Positions 6,668 to 14,568 of a DNA stretch of 64,000 nt are shown piece after piece. The stretch is from a virus. The position numbers and the translations under genes are program-made. The notes beneath the pieces are model-generated. The model saw nothing but the letters and a program-made list of their open reading frames with translations. It had not been told where the DNA came from and did no database searches. The stretch lies in IMG/VR virus record IMGVR_UViG_3300045988_133735. One strand, written 5' to 3'. Numbering within the stretch: position 1 is the first letter of the stretch; each line of letters begins with the position of its first letter.

Positions 6668-7087
6668 ATGAATGAAGTATGTAAAGTGTGTGGCAAAAAA
6701 CTTAAGCAAGGGAATTCGACGGGGTATTGCCATGATTGTCTAGTGAAACATCGGCAAGAAGAGAAATTAAAAAGTTGGCTATCAACTGGTAAAACAGGAT
6801 ATACAGTTGACACAACAATCAGAGGAGTTATTCGAAATTATATACTTGATGAACAAGAACATAAATGTGCTATTTGCGGTTTGCCAGATTGGTGGAATGG
6901 TGGGCAGTTGCATTTTATCTTGGACCATATAGATGGGGATGCGGGTAACTCTTCAAGAGGAAATTTAAGATTGATTTGCCCAAATTGTGATAGCCAACTT
7001 GATACATACAAGTCTCGAAATAAAAATTCTGCCAGAAGACTAAGAAAAGAATTTCTAAAAAATAATACAGCAAAAACAATTACATAA
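6668..7087 (+). CDS. HNH endonuclease (free-standing, inside the tRNA array)
   Basis: CAICG...HFILDHIDGDAGNSSRGNLRLICPNCDSQLD carries the HNH/zinc-finger signature. N-terminal CxxC...CxxC. Confidence 0.75.
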   Translation: MNEVCKVCGKKLKQGNSTGYCHDCLVKHRQEEKLKSWLSTGKTGYTVDTTIRGVIRNYILDEQEHKCAICGLPDWWNGGQLHFILDHIDGDAGNSSRGNLRLICPNCDSQLDTYKSRNKNSARRLRKEFLKNNTAKTIT

Positions 7088-7092
7088 TATAC

Positions 7093-7187
7093 GGCTAGTT
7101 ACCGAAGTGGTCATAACGGCCTGGACTTGAAATCCTGTGTGTCGGCTTGAATCCGGCGCGAGAGTTCGAATCTCTCACTAGCCGCCA
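7093..7187 (+). tRNA. tRNA-Ser (anticodon TGA), long variable arm, CCA encoded
   Basis: Acceptor GGCTAGT/ACTAGCC. Anticodon loop CTTGAAA, with one T.T mismatch in the stem. Long variable arm. T arm GAGAG-TTCGAAT-CTCTC. Confidence 0.75.
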
Positions 7188-7294
7188 ATCCAGATTGAAT
7201 TAGGAATCACTTATGGCGGAGAGTTAAATCCACCTACCCAGGAGACAAGATAATGCTTTCAATCGGCAAAAAGGCTTAGGTCTCTATTTTATAT

Positions 7295-7366
7295 GGCCTG
7301 TTAGTCAAGAGGTGAAGACGCTGCCTTTTCACGGCGGAAACATCGGTTCGATTCCGGTACGGGTCA
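7295..7366 (+). tRNA. tRNA-Glu (anticodon TTC)
   Basis: Acceptor GGCCTGT/ACGGGTC. Anticodon arm CTGCC-TTTTCAC-GGCGG. T arm ATCGG-TTCGATT-CCGGT. Confidence 0.8.
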
Positions 7367-7399
7367 TTTTTTGAAAATTAAATATTATGAGGTATCAAA

Positions 7400-7630
7400 A
7401 TGAAAACAAGTGATTGGATCTCTGTAAAAACCTTCTTACCACCTAAAGAAGATAAGAAATGGGCTTCGAGTGATGTCGTTTGGGTTTATGACGAAGAATG
7501 TGGACAGCGCAAAGGTTATCTTGATGATGACAACCAGTGGTGTGATGCAAATGAATGCTGGTATTTAAATCATGTTACACATTGGATGCCTCTGCCGGAT
7601 GACCCGCCAAAGGAGAAAAACGAATTATGA
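7400..7630 (+). CDS. DUF551-like phage protein
   Basis: WISVKTFLPP...VTHWMPLPDDPP matches the characteristic DUF551 termini. The stop overlaps the next start (ATGA). Confidence 0.65.
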   Translation: MKTSDWISVKTFLPPKEDKKWASSDVVWVYDEECGQRKGYLDDDNQWCDANECWYLNHVTHWMPLPDDPPKEKNEL

Positions 7631-8379
7631 AAACAACGAAGAAAGATTGGATCTATCGTGTGATTCTTCTGATTCTGTTGGCGATTATCTGGGACATTGG
7701 CGCGGCTTTGACTTCGCCAATTTTTGTTCCCCAGAAAGGCGCTGTGTTTCGTGAATTCTTTCTGCTGATTCAGAACGGAACGATGTTGAAGGCGTTTCGA
7801 TATTCATTGATTCGCATCACAGCAGCAGCTCTTCTGAGTGCCGGTGTCGCAGTTCCACTTGGTTGTCTGATGAAAATCTGTCATCCGATTCAAAACCTGT
7901 TGTATCCGGCGATTCGAGCGATGAGATTCCTACCGGTGACCGCTTTCTATCCACTGCTTACGATGTGGTTCGGAATTGGTGAGAAGATGAAAATCGCCTT
8001 CTTGTTTGTAGCCAGCTTCGTGTTTATGTTGCCAAGTGTATTGATTGCTTTGGATGATGTTTGCGATGACGTGATCGAGGCAGCTAGTATTGACGGGGCA
8101 GGGAAGTTTAACACGGTCACACGAATTATTCTTCCGATGGCAGCACCGTCCATCTGTCAATCCTTTGCTACAATGTACGCCATTGGTTGGACATATATCG
8201 CGGTAGCGGAAACGGTGAATGCAAAGTATGGTATCGGGTATCTGATCTATACTTCGTCTGCTCGTGGTCGCACAACGTTGGTATTTGTTGGAATTCTGGC
8301 GATTGTGATTTTCAGTATTCTATTTGACTGGATTACGAGCGTCTGTATCAAGAAGATTTTTAAGTGGAAATTTTCATAA
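7627..8379 (+). CDS. ABC transporter permease, NitT/TauT (SsuC/TauC-like) family
   Basis: Six hydrophobic segments. EAA-loop signature VIEAASIDGAGKFNTVTRIILPMAAPSI. LLTMWFGIGEKMKI motif typical of SsuC/TauC. Confidence 0.8.
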   Translation: MKTTKKDWIYRVILLILLAIIWDIGAALTSPIFVPQKGAVFREFFLLIQNGTMLKAFRYSLIRITAAALLSAGVAVPLGCLMKICHPIQNLLYPAIRAMRFLPVTAFYPLLTMWFGIGEKMKIAFLFVASFVFMLPSVLIALDDVCDDVIEAASIDGAGKFNTVTRIILPMAAPSICQSFATMYAIGWTYIAVAETVNAKYGIGYLIYTSSARGRTTLVFVGILAIVIFSILFDWITSVCIKKIFKWKFS

Positions 8380-8388
8380 GGAGGACAT

Positions 8389-8565
8389 ATGACACACGAA
8401 ATCGAAATAGATGGCTGTCTGAACGTTCCAACCACTGTCAGTTTGAATGACGTTGTAGATGAATTCTTAGCATTTATAGAAAATCGCGGCTGGTATTTTG
8501 GTGGTGGCTTTAATGAATTTAAAGACGACCACTATGAATCAATAGATGTCAGAGAAGAAGATTAA
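8389..8565 (+). CDS. small hypothetical protein (58 aa; below the ORF-track cutoff)
   Basis: Hand-translated MTHEIEIDGCLNV...SIDVREED*. Strong RBS taAGGAGGacatATG. Confidence 0.5.
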   Translation: MTHEIEIDGCLNVPTTVSLNDVVDEFLAFIENRGWYFGGGFNEFKDDHYESIDVREED

Positions 8566-8578
8566 AGAGGAGAAAATT

Positions 8579-9181
8579 ATGGCAAAGAAAAGTTTTTTCG
8601 AGAAGCTCGGTCTTGTTGAGTCGGAAGTAACTTCTGAGTATGAAATGCCAGAAGTAGCAGACGTGAATGTTGGTGTCTCTTTTGGACCTAATATCGAACA
8701 GCCGACTCCTGTGCAGGCCGAAGTTCCGGAGGGTGACACGATTGACATCGGAGCTGTCTACGAAGCCAATAGTATGAATCCTGCCGACTCTGTTACTGTC
8801 TACAAAATCAAGGACGTGATTGATACATTCCCGTCTGAGATGCCAACCAAGACAAAGCGAGCAACAGTTAAGAACCTGATGATGACGCTGGGTTATGATG
8901 CGGTCGCAATTATGTCCGACGCAGAGCAGCGCAAAGAGCTTCTTCGGACGGTTGGTAATGACAAGATGAATGCGTTGTTTGACGAAATGAAGAGCAACGA
9001 CCAGCAGATTGAATCCATGAAGGAACAGATTGAAGCGCTGACTAATCGCAACGTTGAAGCTGGTGCGGCAATTGAAAAGATCACCAATACAGTTCAGGAC
9101 GAACTCAAGATGATTTCTTCTATTGAGGAATTTATCGAAGAGGATAAGACGGAGCCCGCCGGGAAGGAAGGTGCTCAGTAA
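8579..9181 (+). CDS. hypothetical protein with C-terminal coiled coil, translationally coupled to the PspA-like gene
   Basis: Frame of track ORF 8546..9181. ATG 8579 is preferred (aaGAGGAGaaaattATG). Its stop TAA overlaps the next ATG (TAATG). Confidence 0.6.
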   Translation: MAKKSFFEKLGLVESEVTSEYEMPEVADVNVGVSFGPNIEQPTPVQAEVPEGDTIDIGAVYEANSMNPADSVTVYKIKDVIDTFPSEMPTKTKRATVKNLMMTLGYDAVAIMSDAEQRKELLRTVGNDKMNALFDEMKSNDQQIESMKEQIEALTNRNVEAGAAIEKITNTVQDELKMISSIEEFIEEDKTEPAGKEGAQ

Positions 9182-10011
9182 TGTTTTCTTTTACAATTCC
9201 TGAGTTTACGCTTATCTGTGTTGGTGTTGTTGCGGTTGGCAGTTTGATTCTATTTCCGTCATTCCGCCAGCAGATTAAAGCATTAGCCGGTGGTTTCTTA
9301 CAGGTTTTCGTGCAGGATACAGCCAAAACTCCAGATGGTGCCCGTGCTATCTATGCTCAGAAGATCGATGAGATGACAAAGAAATACACAGACGCCTGCA
9401 ATACTCTGCGAGACCTGACTGGAAAGCTCAAGACGATTCAAGATAACTATGCTGTCTGTCAGAAGCAGGCAAAGACATATGATGAACAATCAAAGGCAGC
9501 CATGAGTCACGGCGATGTGGAATCTGCACGAACCTACGCTCGACTGTTACAGGAGGAAATCGATAAAGCTGAGAATCTGGCTGATCAGTTCCAGAAGATG
9601 AAGCCTGCTGCGGAAGAAGTCAAGGCAATCAAGGAAAAGCTTGAAAATCAGTTGGCAGCCCTGAAGCGTGAGAGCAAGGATGTTGTGGCTGAGTTAAAGG
9701 CGAACGAGCAGGTTGCTGATGTATATTCCAATCTGGACCGTCTGCGTGCATCTACCGGCACTGATAAAATGCTCAATGCTACTCGCGATGGACTTCAGGA
9801 GAGTCGTGAAAAGGCAGCGGGCGCAAAGGTTTTGTATCAGACCAGTCGAGAGGGAAAGCTGGACAGGGCGGACGCAAACACTGCTGATTATAAAGTGAGT
9901 TCGTATTTAGAGAGTCTGAAAAAGAGCAATCCGAATGTGGTTACATATAATATTCCTGACCTGAATGCGTTTTCTAAGTCGTCTGGATTGAATACTCAGT
10001 CCAAGAAATAA
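9181..10011 (+). CDS. PspA/IM30 (ESCRT-III-superfamily)-like coiled-coil protein with an N-terminal transmembrane segment
   Basis: N-terminus FTLICVGVVAVGSLILFPSF. The rest aligns by eye with the PspA layout (..IDEM..., ..AMSHGDVESARTYARLLQEEI.. versus AL..G.EDLAR.AL, then long heptad helices). Confidence 0.5.
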   Translation: MFSFTIPEFTLICVGVVAVGSLILFPSFRQQIKALAGGFLQVFVQDTAKTPDGARAIYAQKIDEMTKKYTDACNTLRDLTGKLKTIQDNYAVCQKQAKTYDEQSKAAMSHGDVESARTYARLLQEEIDKAENLADQFQKMKPAAEEVKAIKEKLENQLAALKRESKDVVAELKANEQVADVYSNLDRLRASTGTDKMLNATRDGLQESREKAAGAKVLYQTSREGKLDRADANTADYKVSSYLESLKKSNPNVVTYNIPDLNAFSKSSGLNTQSKK

Positions 10012-10040
10012 AATCAAAAAATTAAATAGGAGAGAATAAC

Positions 10041-10262
10041 ATGTCTAAGTTCAAATTGACTAAGGCTGGCCGCGCTGTTGTTGGCGTGGTGCTTGCTGTG
10101 GCTGTTGCTGTTGGTGTTGTTGGCGGCATTAAGGGCGGCGTGATCAAGTTCGATAAAAAGAAACCGACCACCTCAAAGCCGAGCACTTCTATCAGTACAG
10201 ATAAGCCGTCTAATTCCGCTGGGGACGACACGATCAATCTGTCTCTGGATGAGTGGGCAGGT
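10041..10262 (+). CDS. exon 1 of a split gene: TM anchor plus start of an NMT1-type substrate-binding domain
   Basis: TM helix VVGVVLAVAVAVGVVGGI and a Ser/Thr/Pro linker. It ends ...INLSLDEWAG at the predicted 5' splice site. The first intron codon is TAA. Confidence 0.65.
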
Positions 10263-11503
10263 TAAAGTTAGCCCCTTCATATGAGTAATCATGTGATGGA
10301 ACTTCTTTGAATTGCTGGAACAACTCAACCTGATTTTGTTAGGAGATTAGGTTGCCCTAAAGCTGATTGAGCTACAGTGCAATGATGAAATATGCATAAG
10401 TACGAATGCGGCGAAAGCAGAAAAAATCAATCAGATGACATAAGCTGAAATAAAACCATATTGCAAAATATGTGCTAAGTGTTTTCAACAATGGGAAATC
10501 AGCAGCCAAGCCTCGAATAGAGGAAGGTTCAACGACTAAGATCCTTTGAATTCGTAAAGGACTGTGAAGAAGCACCCTGCAATATGGGTGGTGATATAGT
10601 CTATTCTACATTGAAAGATGTAGGGATAAAGGATTGGATAGGAGCGTTGAAGATGAATAAATGTATCTATAAAATCACGAACAATATCAATGGTAAAATC
10701 TATATCGGTCAAACAAATAATCTAAAAAGGCGACTTCAAGAACATAAGCACGATAAGAGAATGAACCATCCCATACATAATGCTATTGTAAAATATGGTT
10801 GGGAAAATTTCTCTGTAGAAGTCTTATATTATGGAGATTGTTATAACGGGTTAGAAAAATATTTTATTCGTCAATATCGATCAAACGAAAAGGAGTTTGG
10901 ATATAATATTCAAAACGGTGGACAAGATAGCGGTGGAGAAAACAATCCTGTCGCCATCTTGAAACAAACAGAGATCGATAATATGATTCAGGATCTAATA
11001 AATACTGATCTCTCTTATGATGAGATTGCTCAAAAATACGGAGTAAATCAAAAATATGTTACAAATGTAAATAAGGGCGCATCTTGGAGAGATACAGATT
11101 TATATGAATATCCGCTTCGTAGAATGATAAGAAGAATGGATGACGAATCAATAAATGAAGTTATTAAATTGCTTCAAAATCCAGATATACCATTTGACGA
11201 TATTGAAAAACTGACTGGTGTAAAACGATATACAATTAGAGATATAAATAATGGCACCCATTGGCGCAGACCAAACGTTTCCTATCCGATAAGGGAATTC
11301 GGGTTGCCATCAAAAACTCGTGATAAAATTATAGACTTTTTAAAATCTTCAGAACTTACCGTACAAAAAATAGCAAACGAATGTGGTATTGATCGCGGAG
11401 AAGTATACAGAGTTAATTCTGGTCGATATCATAGGCGAATCGATTGTACATATCCAATTAGAAATCTATCCACCAAGCGTAACGAACTTGGTCAATATGA
11501 AAG
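10263..11503 (+). mobile_element. group I intron (td-like, subgroup IA) carrying a GIY-YIG homing endonuclease ORF
   Basis: Conserved core strings ggttcAACGACTAag (10526-10540) and GATATAGTC (10593-10601), as in the T4 td intron. P9 hairpin ctacat-tgaaag-atgtag. The guide AAGTTAGCC (10665-10673 minus 400, that is 10265-10273) pairs over 9 contiguous positions with the ligated junction GGT|TGGCTT. G at 11503. Confidence 0.7.
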
Positions 11504-11519
11504 TGGCTTTCAATCCTAA
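10653..11519 (+). CDS. GIY-YIG homing endonuclease (intron-encoded)
   Basis: MNKCIYKITNNINGKIYIGQTNNLKRRLQEHK is the GIY-(10)-YIG motif. The C-terminal half has repeated NUMOD/HTH-like segments. The track start 10584 is rejected because it lies in intron core P7/P9. The last 16 nt overlap predicted exon 2. Confidence 0.8.
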   Translation: MNKCIYKITNNINGKIYIGQTNNLKRRLQEHKHDKRMNHPIHNAIVKYGWENFSVEVLYYGDCYNGLEKYFIRQYRSNEKEFGYNIQNGGQDSGGENNPVAILKQTEIDNMIQDLINTDLSYDEIAQKYGVNQKYVTNVNKGASWRDTDLYEYPLRRMIRRMDDESINEVIKLLQNPDIPFDDIEKLTGVKRYTIRDINNGTHWRRPNVSYPIREFGLPSKTRDKIIDFLKSSELTVQKIANECGIDRGEVYRVNSGRYHRRIDCTYPIRNLSTKRNELGQYESGFQS

Positions 11520-12868
11520 CGGCAAATGGTGGTCTTACTACTCAGCCCGGTTCTGTGTTTGATCAGCTTGGCATCAAGGTGAATATCAATGTCATCAACG
11601 ATGCGACTGAGTCCAGTAACGCACTAATCTCTGGTGATCTGCAGGCCGCTGGTTATACTACGAATCGCGTAGCATTCCTGTCTCAGAAGTTTACTGACGC
11701 TGGTAAGAATGTCATCATGCCGATTTTTACCAACTACAGCTATGGCGGTGACGGTATCATCGCTTCTACTAAGTTCGCTGATGTGAATTCGTGGGTCAAT
11801 GCCAAAATCGGTGTCCCTGAGTTCTCTGAGGCTGAGACTCTGGTTGCTTGGTTCGTTAATAATTCCAGTCTGTCTGATGCTGACAAGGCAACTATCATGA
11901 ACAATCTGATTATGTTCGGCACCGCAGACGATACCGCTAAGGCATATTTCGCTGGTCAGATTGATGTTGCTGCAACATGGGAGCCCTATTTGACTCAGGC
12001 CAAGACTTACACCAATAGTACTGTCGTGTTTGATACGAAGTCATCCTCCTCTCTGGTTATGGATGGCATTGTGTTTGATGCAGATTGGGCAGCGGCTCAT
12101 GAAGATACCGTTAAGAAGTTCGTTCAGGGCATTCTGATGTCTTATGACCAGCCTATCAATCACAATGCAGCTCGTGAAGTGTTCCCGATGTACTCTACTT
12201 CTTCTGATGCCGATATTGATGCGACTTATGCAAATGCTAAGATGGCAAGCTGGAAGGACAACTACAATATTCTGAATGATACTGCTCCGATGATTTATAA
12301 CCAGATGTGCGACATTTGGGAGGGTCTTGGTGAAACCGTTAATCGTGATCTCGTAAATACGCTGTTTGATACTACATATATCGATGCGCTCAAGAGTGAT
12401 TTCAAGTCTACTTCTGCTGCAAATGCTACTACGAAAGTAACTGTGAGCGATGAGACTCGTGCAAACATCACTCAGCAGGTCACTGGAAATCTGGACTATG
12501 ATTCGATGCTGAGCAAGACTGCGAATGTAACTTTTGTGCCGGATTCTTCCGTGTTTACCGATCAGGCCAGCGCTGCTTCTGTTCTGAACGATTTCGTGAA
12601 TATCGCTAAGACTCTGGATGGCACTATGATTGTTATCAACGGTAATATTAATGCGAATAACCAGACCGAGTTTGGCGTGCAGCTTTCTGCTAACCGTGCT
12701 CAGACCGTTGCAAATTATCTGGCATCTCAGGGTATTGATCAGAATCGACTAATTGTCACTGGTTCCGGCAATGCAAAGTATCAGGCTGATAAGGCGGCTG
12801 GCACTTTGAGTAGTGATGCAAGCGTGTATCAGTCCACGGATATCAGTTTCATGCGAATCGAGAACTGA
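11504..12868 (+). CDS. exon 2 of the split gene: NMT1/SsuA-like substrate-binding domain fused to a C-terminal OmpA-like domain
   Basis: The frame is open from 11501. WLSILTANGGLTTQPGSVFDQLGIKV... continues the DxWxGW motif of SsuA/NMT1 binding proteins. C-terminus ...FGVQLSANRAQTVANYLASQGIDQNRLIVTGSGN matches the OmpA_C pattern (LS..RA..V..YL...G+...R+...G.G). Confidence 0.65.
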   Translation, partial: WLSILTANGGLTTQPGSVFDQLGIKVNINVINDATESSNALISGDLQAAGYTTNRVAFLSQKFTDAGKNVIMPIFTNYSYGGDGIIASTKFADVNSWVNAKIGVPEFSEAETLVAWFVNNSSLSDADKATIMNNLIMFGTADDTAKAYFAGQIDVAATWEPYLTQAKTYTNSTVVFDTKSSSSLVMDGIVFDADWAAAHEDTVKKFVQGILMSYDQPINHNAAREVFPMYSTSSDADIDATYANAKMASWKDNYNILNDTAPMIYNQMCDIWEGLGETVNRDLVNTLFDTTYIDALKSDFKSTSAANATTKVTVSDETRANITQQVTGNLDYDSMLSKTANVTFVPDSSVFTDQASAASVLNDFVNIAKTLDGTMIVINGNINANNQTEFGVQLSANRAQTVANYLASQGIDQNRLIVTGSGNAKYQADKAAGTLSSDASVYQSTDISFMRIEN

Positions 12869-12879
12869 GGTGATTCAGA

Positions 12880-12984
12880 TTGATCTGGATTGAAATCAGT
12901 AAAGCAATTTGGATTGTGGGCGGATTGATGTTAGCTTCTTTTGCGGCTGGCTATCTCTTCCATGGTCCAACTCCTAAGATTTAA
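12880..12984 (+). CDS. possible 34-aa single-pass membrane peptide
   Basis: TTG start 8 nt after GAGGTG. Hand translation MIWIEISKAIWIVGGLMLASFAAGYLFHGPTPKI*. Short, therefore uncertain. Confidence 0.3.
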   Translation: MIWIEISKAIWIVGGLMLASFAAGYLFHGPTPKI

Positions 12985-13029
12985 AACTCCCGGCGGTGCT
13001 CAGGTAGCACTGGGTGCCGCCTTATATAA

Positions 13030-13104
13030 TGCGTTGTAGCCAAGCGGTAAAGGCCGGGAGCTTTGACCTCCCTATCGTGTGTTCAACTCACACCAGCGCA
13101 ACCA
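13030..13104 (+). tRNA. tRNA-Gln (anticodon TTG), U1-A72, CCA encoded
   Basis: Acceptor TGCGTTG/CAGCGCA. Anticodon arm GGGAG-CTTTGAC-CTCCC. T arm GTGTG-TTCAACT-CACAC. Confidence 0.8.
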
Positions 13105-13138
13105 GAAAATATATATTAAAATGGAAGGAGAAAGCCAA

Positions 13139-13318
13139 ATGACATCTCCAAAAGATTTAGAAGTTGCATTATTGGATTTTATTAATGAATGCACAACGAA
13201 CGAAGATAGTTGCGACGACTGTATGTATCGCGAATTTTGCATTAGATTCTATACTCCACACTGCGACTCCCCAAATGAGTGGGAGATTTTAGAAAAGTCA
13301 GGAGGTATTCCATGCTAA
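13139..13318 (+). CDS. hypothetical small Cys-containing protein
   Basis: Frame of track ORF 13079..13318, whose 5' part overlaps tRNA-Gln. ATG 13139 is preferred (GGAAGGAGaaagccaaATG). Confidence 0.55.
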   Translation: MTSPKDLEVALLDFINECTTNEDSCDDCMYREFCIRFYTPHCDSPNEWEILEKSGGIPC

Positions 13319-13473
13319 CAGTAGAACAAATCAAGTCTATCTATAAAGAACTCGTAGCTGTTTGCGTTGAAAGAAGCGGAAACGGACTAGACTGTTCTGG
13401 ATGCAAATACGAAAACAACTGTGATGATATATTGAAAGAGGTGTTTAAACTTGAGTGTTTACATGACAGGTGA
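13312..13473 (+). CDS. hypothetical small protein
   Basis: Frame of track ORF 13279..13473. ATG 13312 follows cAGGAGGtattcc. Confidence 0.5.
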   Translation: MLTVEQIKSIYKELVAVCVERSGNGLDCSGCKYENNCDDILKEVFKLECLHDR

Positions 13474-14182
13474 TATTCATGGTAATCCAAGTCGGTTTTA
13501 TGATTTGAAATATTTCTGTCTCGACCATCCTGACATTGAATGGGTTGTATGTTTGGGTGATGTGGGTCTGAATTACTATGGCAAGGATTATCCAAGAGAA
13601 ATGTTCATCAAAAATGTTGCCGATTCAATTCCTGCAAAACTGTTTTGTATCCACGGCAACCATGAACGTCGGCCGAGTGAGACAGAAGGGTATCAAGAAA
13701 TCGAAGTTACAGATGGTGCAATTCGTGGTCCGATGCTGTGGAGTCACGAGCATCCTAACCAGTATTTTGCGATTGATGGTGCGATTTATGTAATTCAAAC
13801 ATCGGAACGAACATTGAATGCGCTTGTTTGCGGTGGCGCTTATTCGGTTGACAAATATTACCGATTGCAACGCGGTTGGAATTGGTGGCCAGATGAGCAG
13901 CCAAGCGAACTTACAAAAGGTCTCGTGCGTCTTATGGCAACCAGATATCCAATTGATATTATGTTGACCCATACTTGCCCGCTGCGGTTTGAACCTAAAG
14001 AACTGTTCTTGAACGGCATTGATCAGAGTACGGTCGATACATCAACAGAAGAGTTTTTTGATGACCTTTATGAGCAATTCCCGGCGGATCATAAGCCGAT
14101 GTGGTATTTTGGCCACTTTCATGGAGATAAATACACTGACGATTATGTGATGTTGTATCGAGACATCATAGAACTGAAGTGA
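13463..14182 (+). CDS. metallophosphoesterase (calcineurin-like Ser/Thr phosphatase family)
   Basis: Motifs MTGDIHGN, CLGDVGLNYYG and IHGNHERR (GDxHG / GDxxDR-like / GNHE). Confidence 0.75.
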   Translation: MTGDIHGNPSRFYDLKYFCLDHPDIEWVVCLGDVGLNYYGKDYPREMFIKNVADSIPAKLFCIHGNHERRPSETEGYQEIEVTDGAIRGPMLWSHEHPNQYFAIDGAIYVIQTSERTLNALVCGGAYSVDKYYRLQRGWNWWPDEQPSELTKGLVRLMATRYPIDIMLTHTCPLRFEPKELFLNGIDQSTVDTSTEEFFDDLYEQFPADHKPMWYFGHFHGDKYTDDYVMLYRDIIELK

Positions 14183-14286
14183 GTTTATAAATAAAAAAGG
14201 AAAGGGGAACAGAGATGCTGTATGGACGAGCTTCTCCCAATTTGATGCGATAATAAGCGAAAATCAAATTAGATAGGAGAAATAAT

Positions 14287-14544
14287 ATGCTTTGCAATTT
14301 TTGTGGTAAGACGCTGGACCCCTGCGATGAAGCAAATCTGGGTGATTTGACTGTACGGTTCTTTTATGGAAGCAAACGCGACGGAGACCGGATGAAGTTT
14401 TCCATGTGTTCTGATTGTGTTGATAAGCTAACGGACGAATTTATTGCCCGTTGTAAGCATAAGCCGACAATTGAAGCAGGTGGCATCCCTAATAGTAGTA
14501 TCCCTGTCTGGGAGTCTAAAACCACTGAAGAAATCGATTACTAA
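14287..14544 (+). CDS. hypothetical zinc-ribbon-like protein
   Basis: CNFCG...CSDC pairs. RBS atAGGAGaaataatATG. Confidence 0.55.
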   Translation: MLCNFCGKTLDPCDEANLGDLTVRFFYGSKRDGDRMKFSMCSDCVDKLTDEFIARCKHKPTIEAGGIPNSSIPVWESKTTEEIDY

Positions 14545-14568
14545 TGTTGATATACATAGGAGGTACAT

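Noticed and set aside
10584-10652. Track start (ATG 10584) for the GIY-YIG ORF.
   Set aside because: The first 23 codons cover the conserved intron core string GATATAGTC and the P9 hairpin. The GIY-YIG motif begins right after ATG 10653, which has its own AGGAG.
11522-11557. Alternative exon 2 or CDS starts at 11522 (after G11521) or GTG 11555 (track).
   Set aside because: The internal guide AAGTTAGCC pairs with GGT|TGGCTT (junction at 11504) but not with GGT|GCAAAT. Starting at 11555 would remove the conserved GW...ANGG segment of the binding-protein fold and leave exon 1 as an orphan TM peptide.
3247-13104. Suppressor tRNAs or stop-codon reassignment, as in some gut phages.
   Set aside because: All anticodons read by hand are sense anticodons (TGT, GAA, ACG, GTA, TTT, CCA, TGA=Ser, TTC, TTG). 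Long ORFs are uninterrupted under the standard code.
14213-14251. 11-codon mini-ORF (MLYGRASPNLMR*) with an upstream G-rich RBS-like sequence in the 14183..14286 gap.
   Set aside because: It is too short to support, and no attenuator-like alternative hairpins were evident. Noted only as a possible leader peptide.
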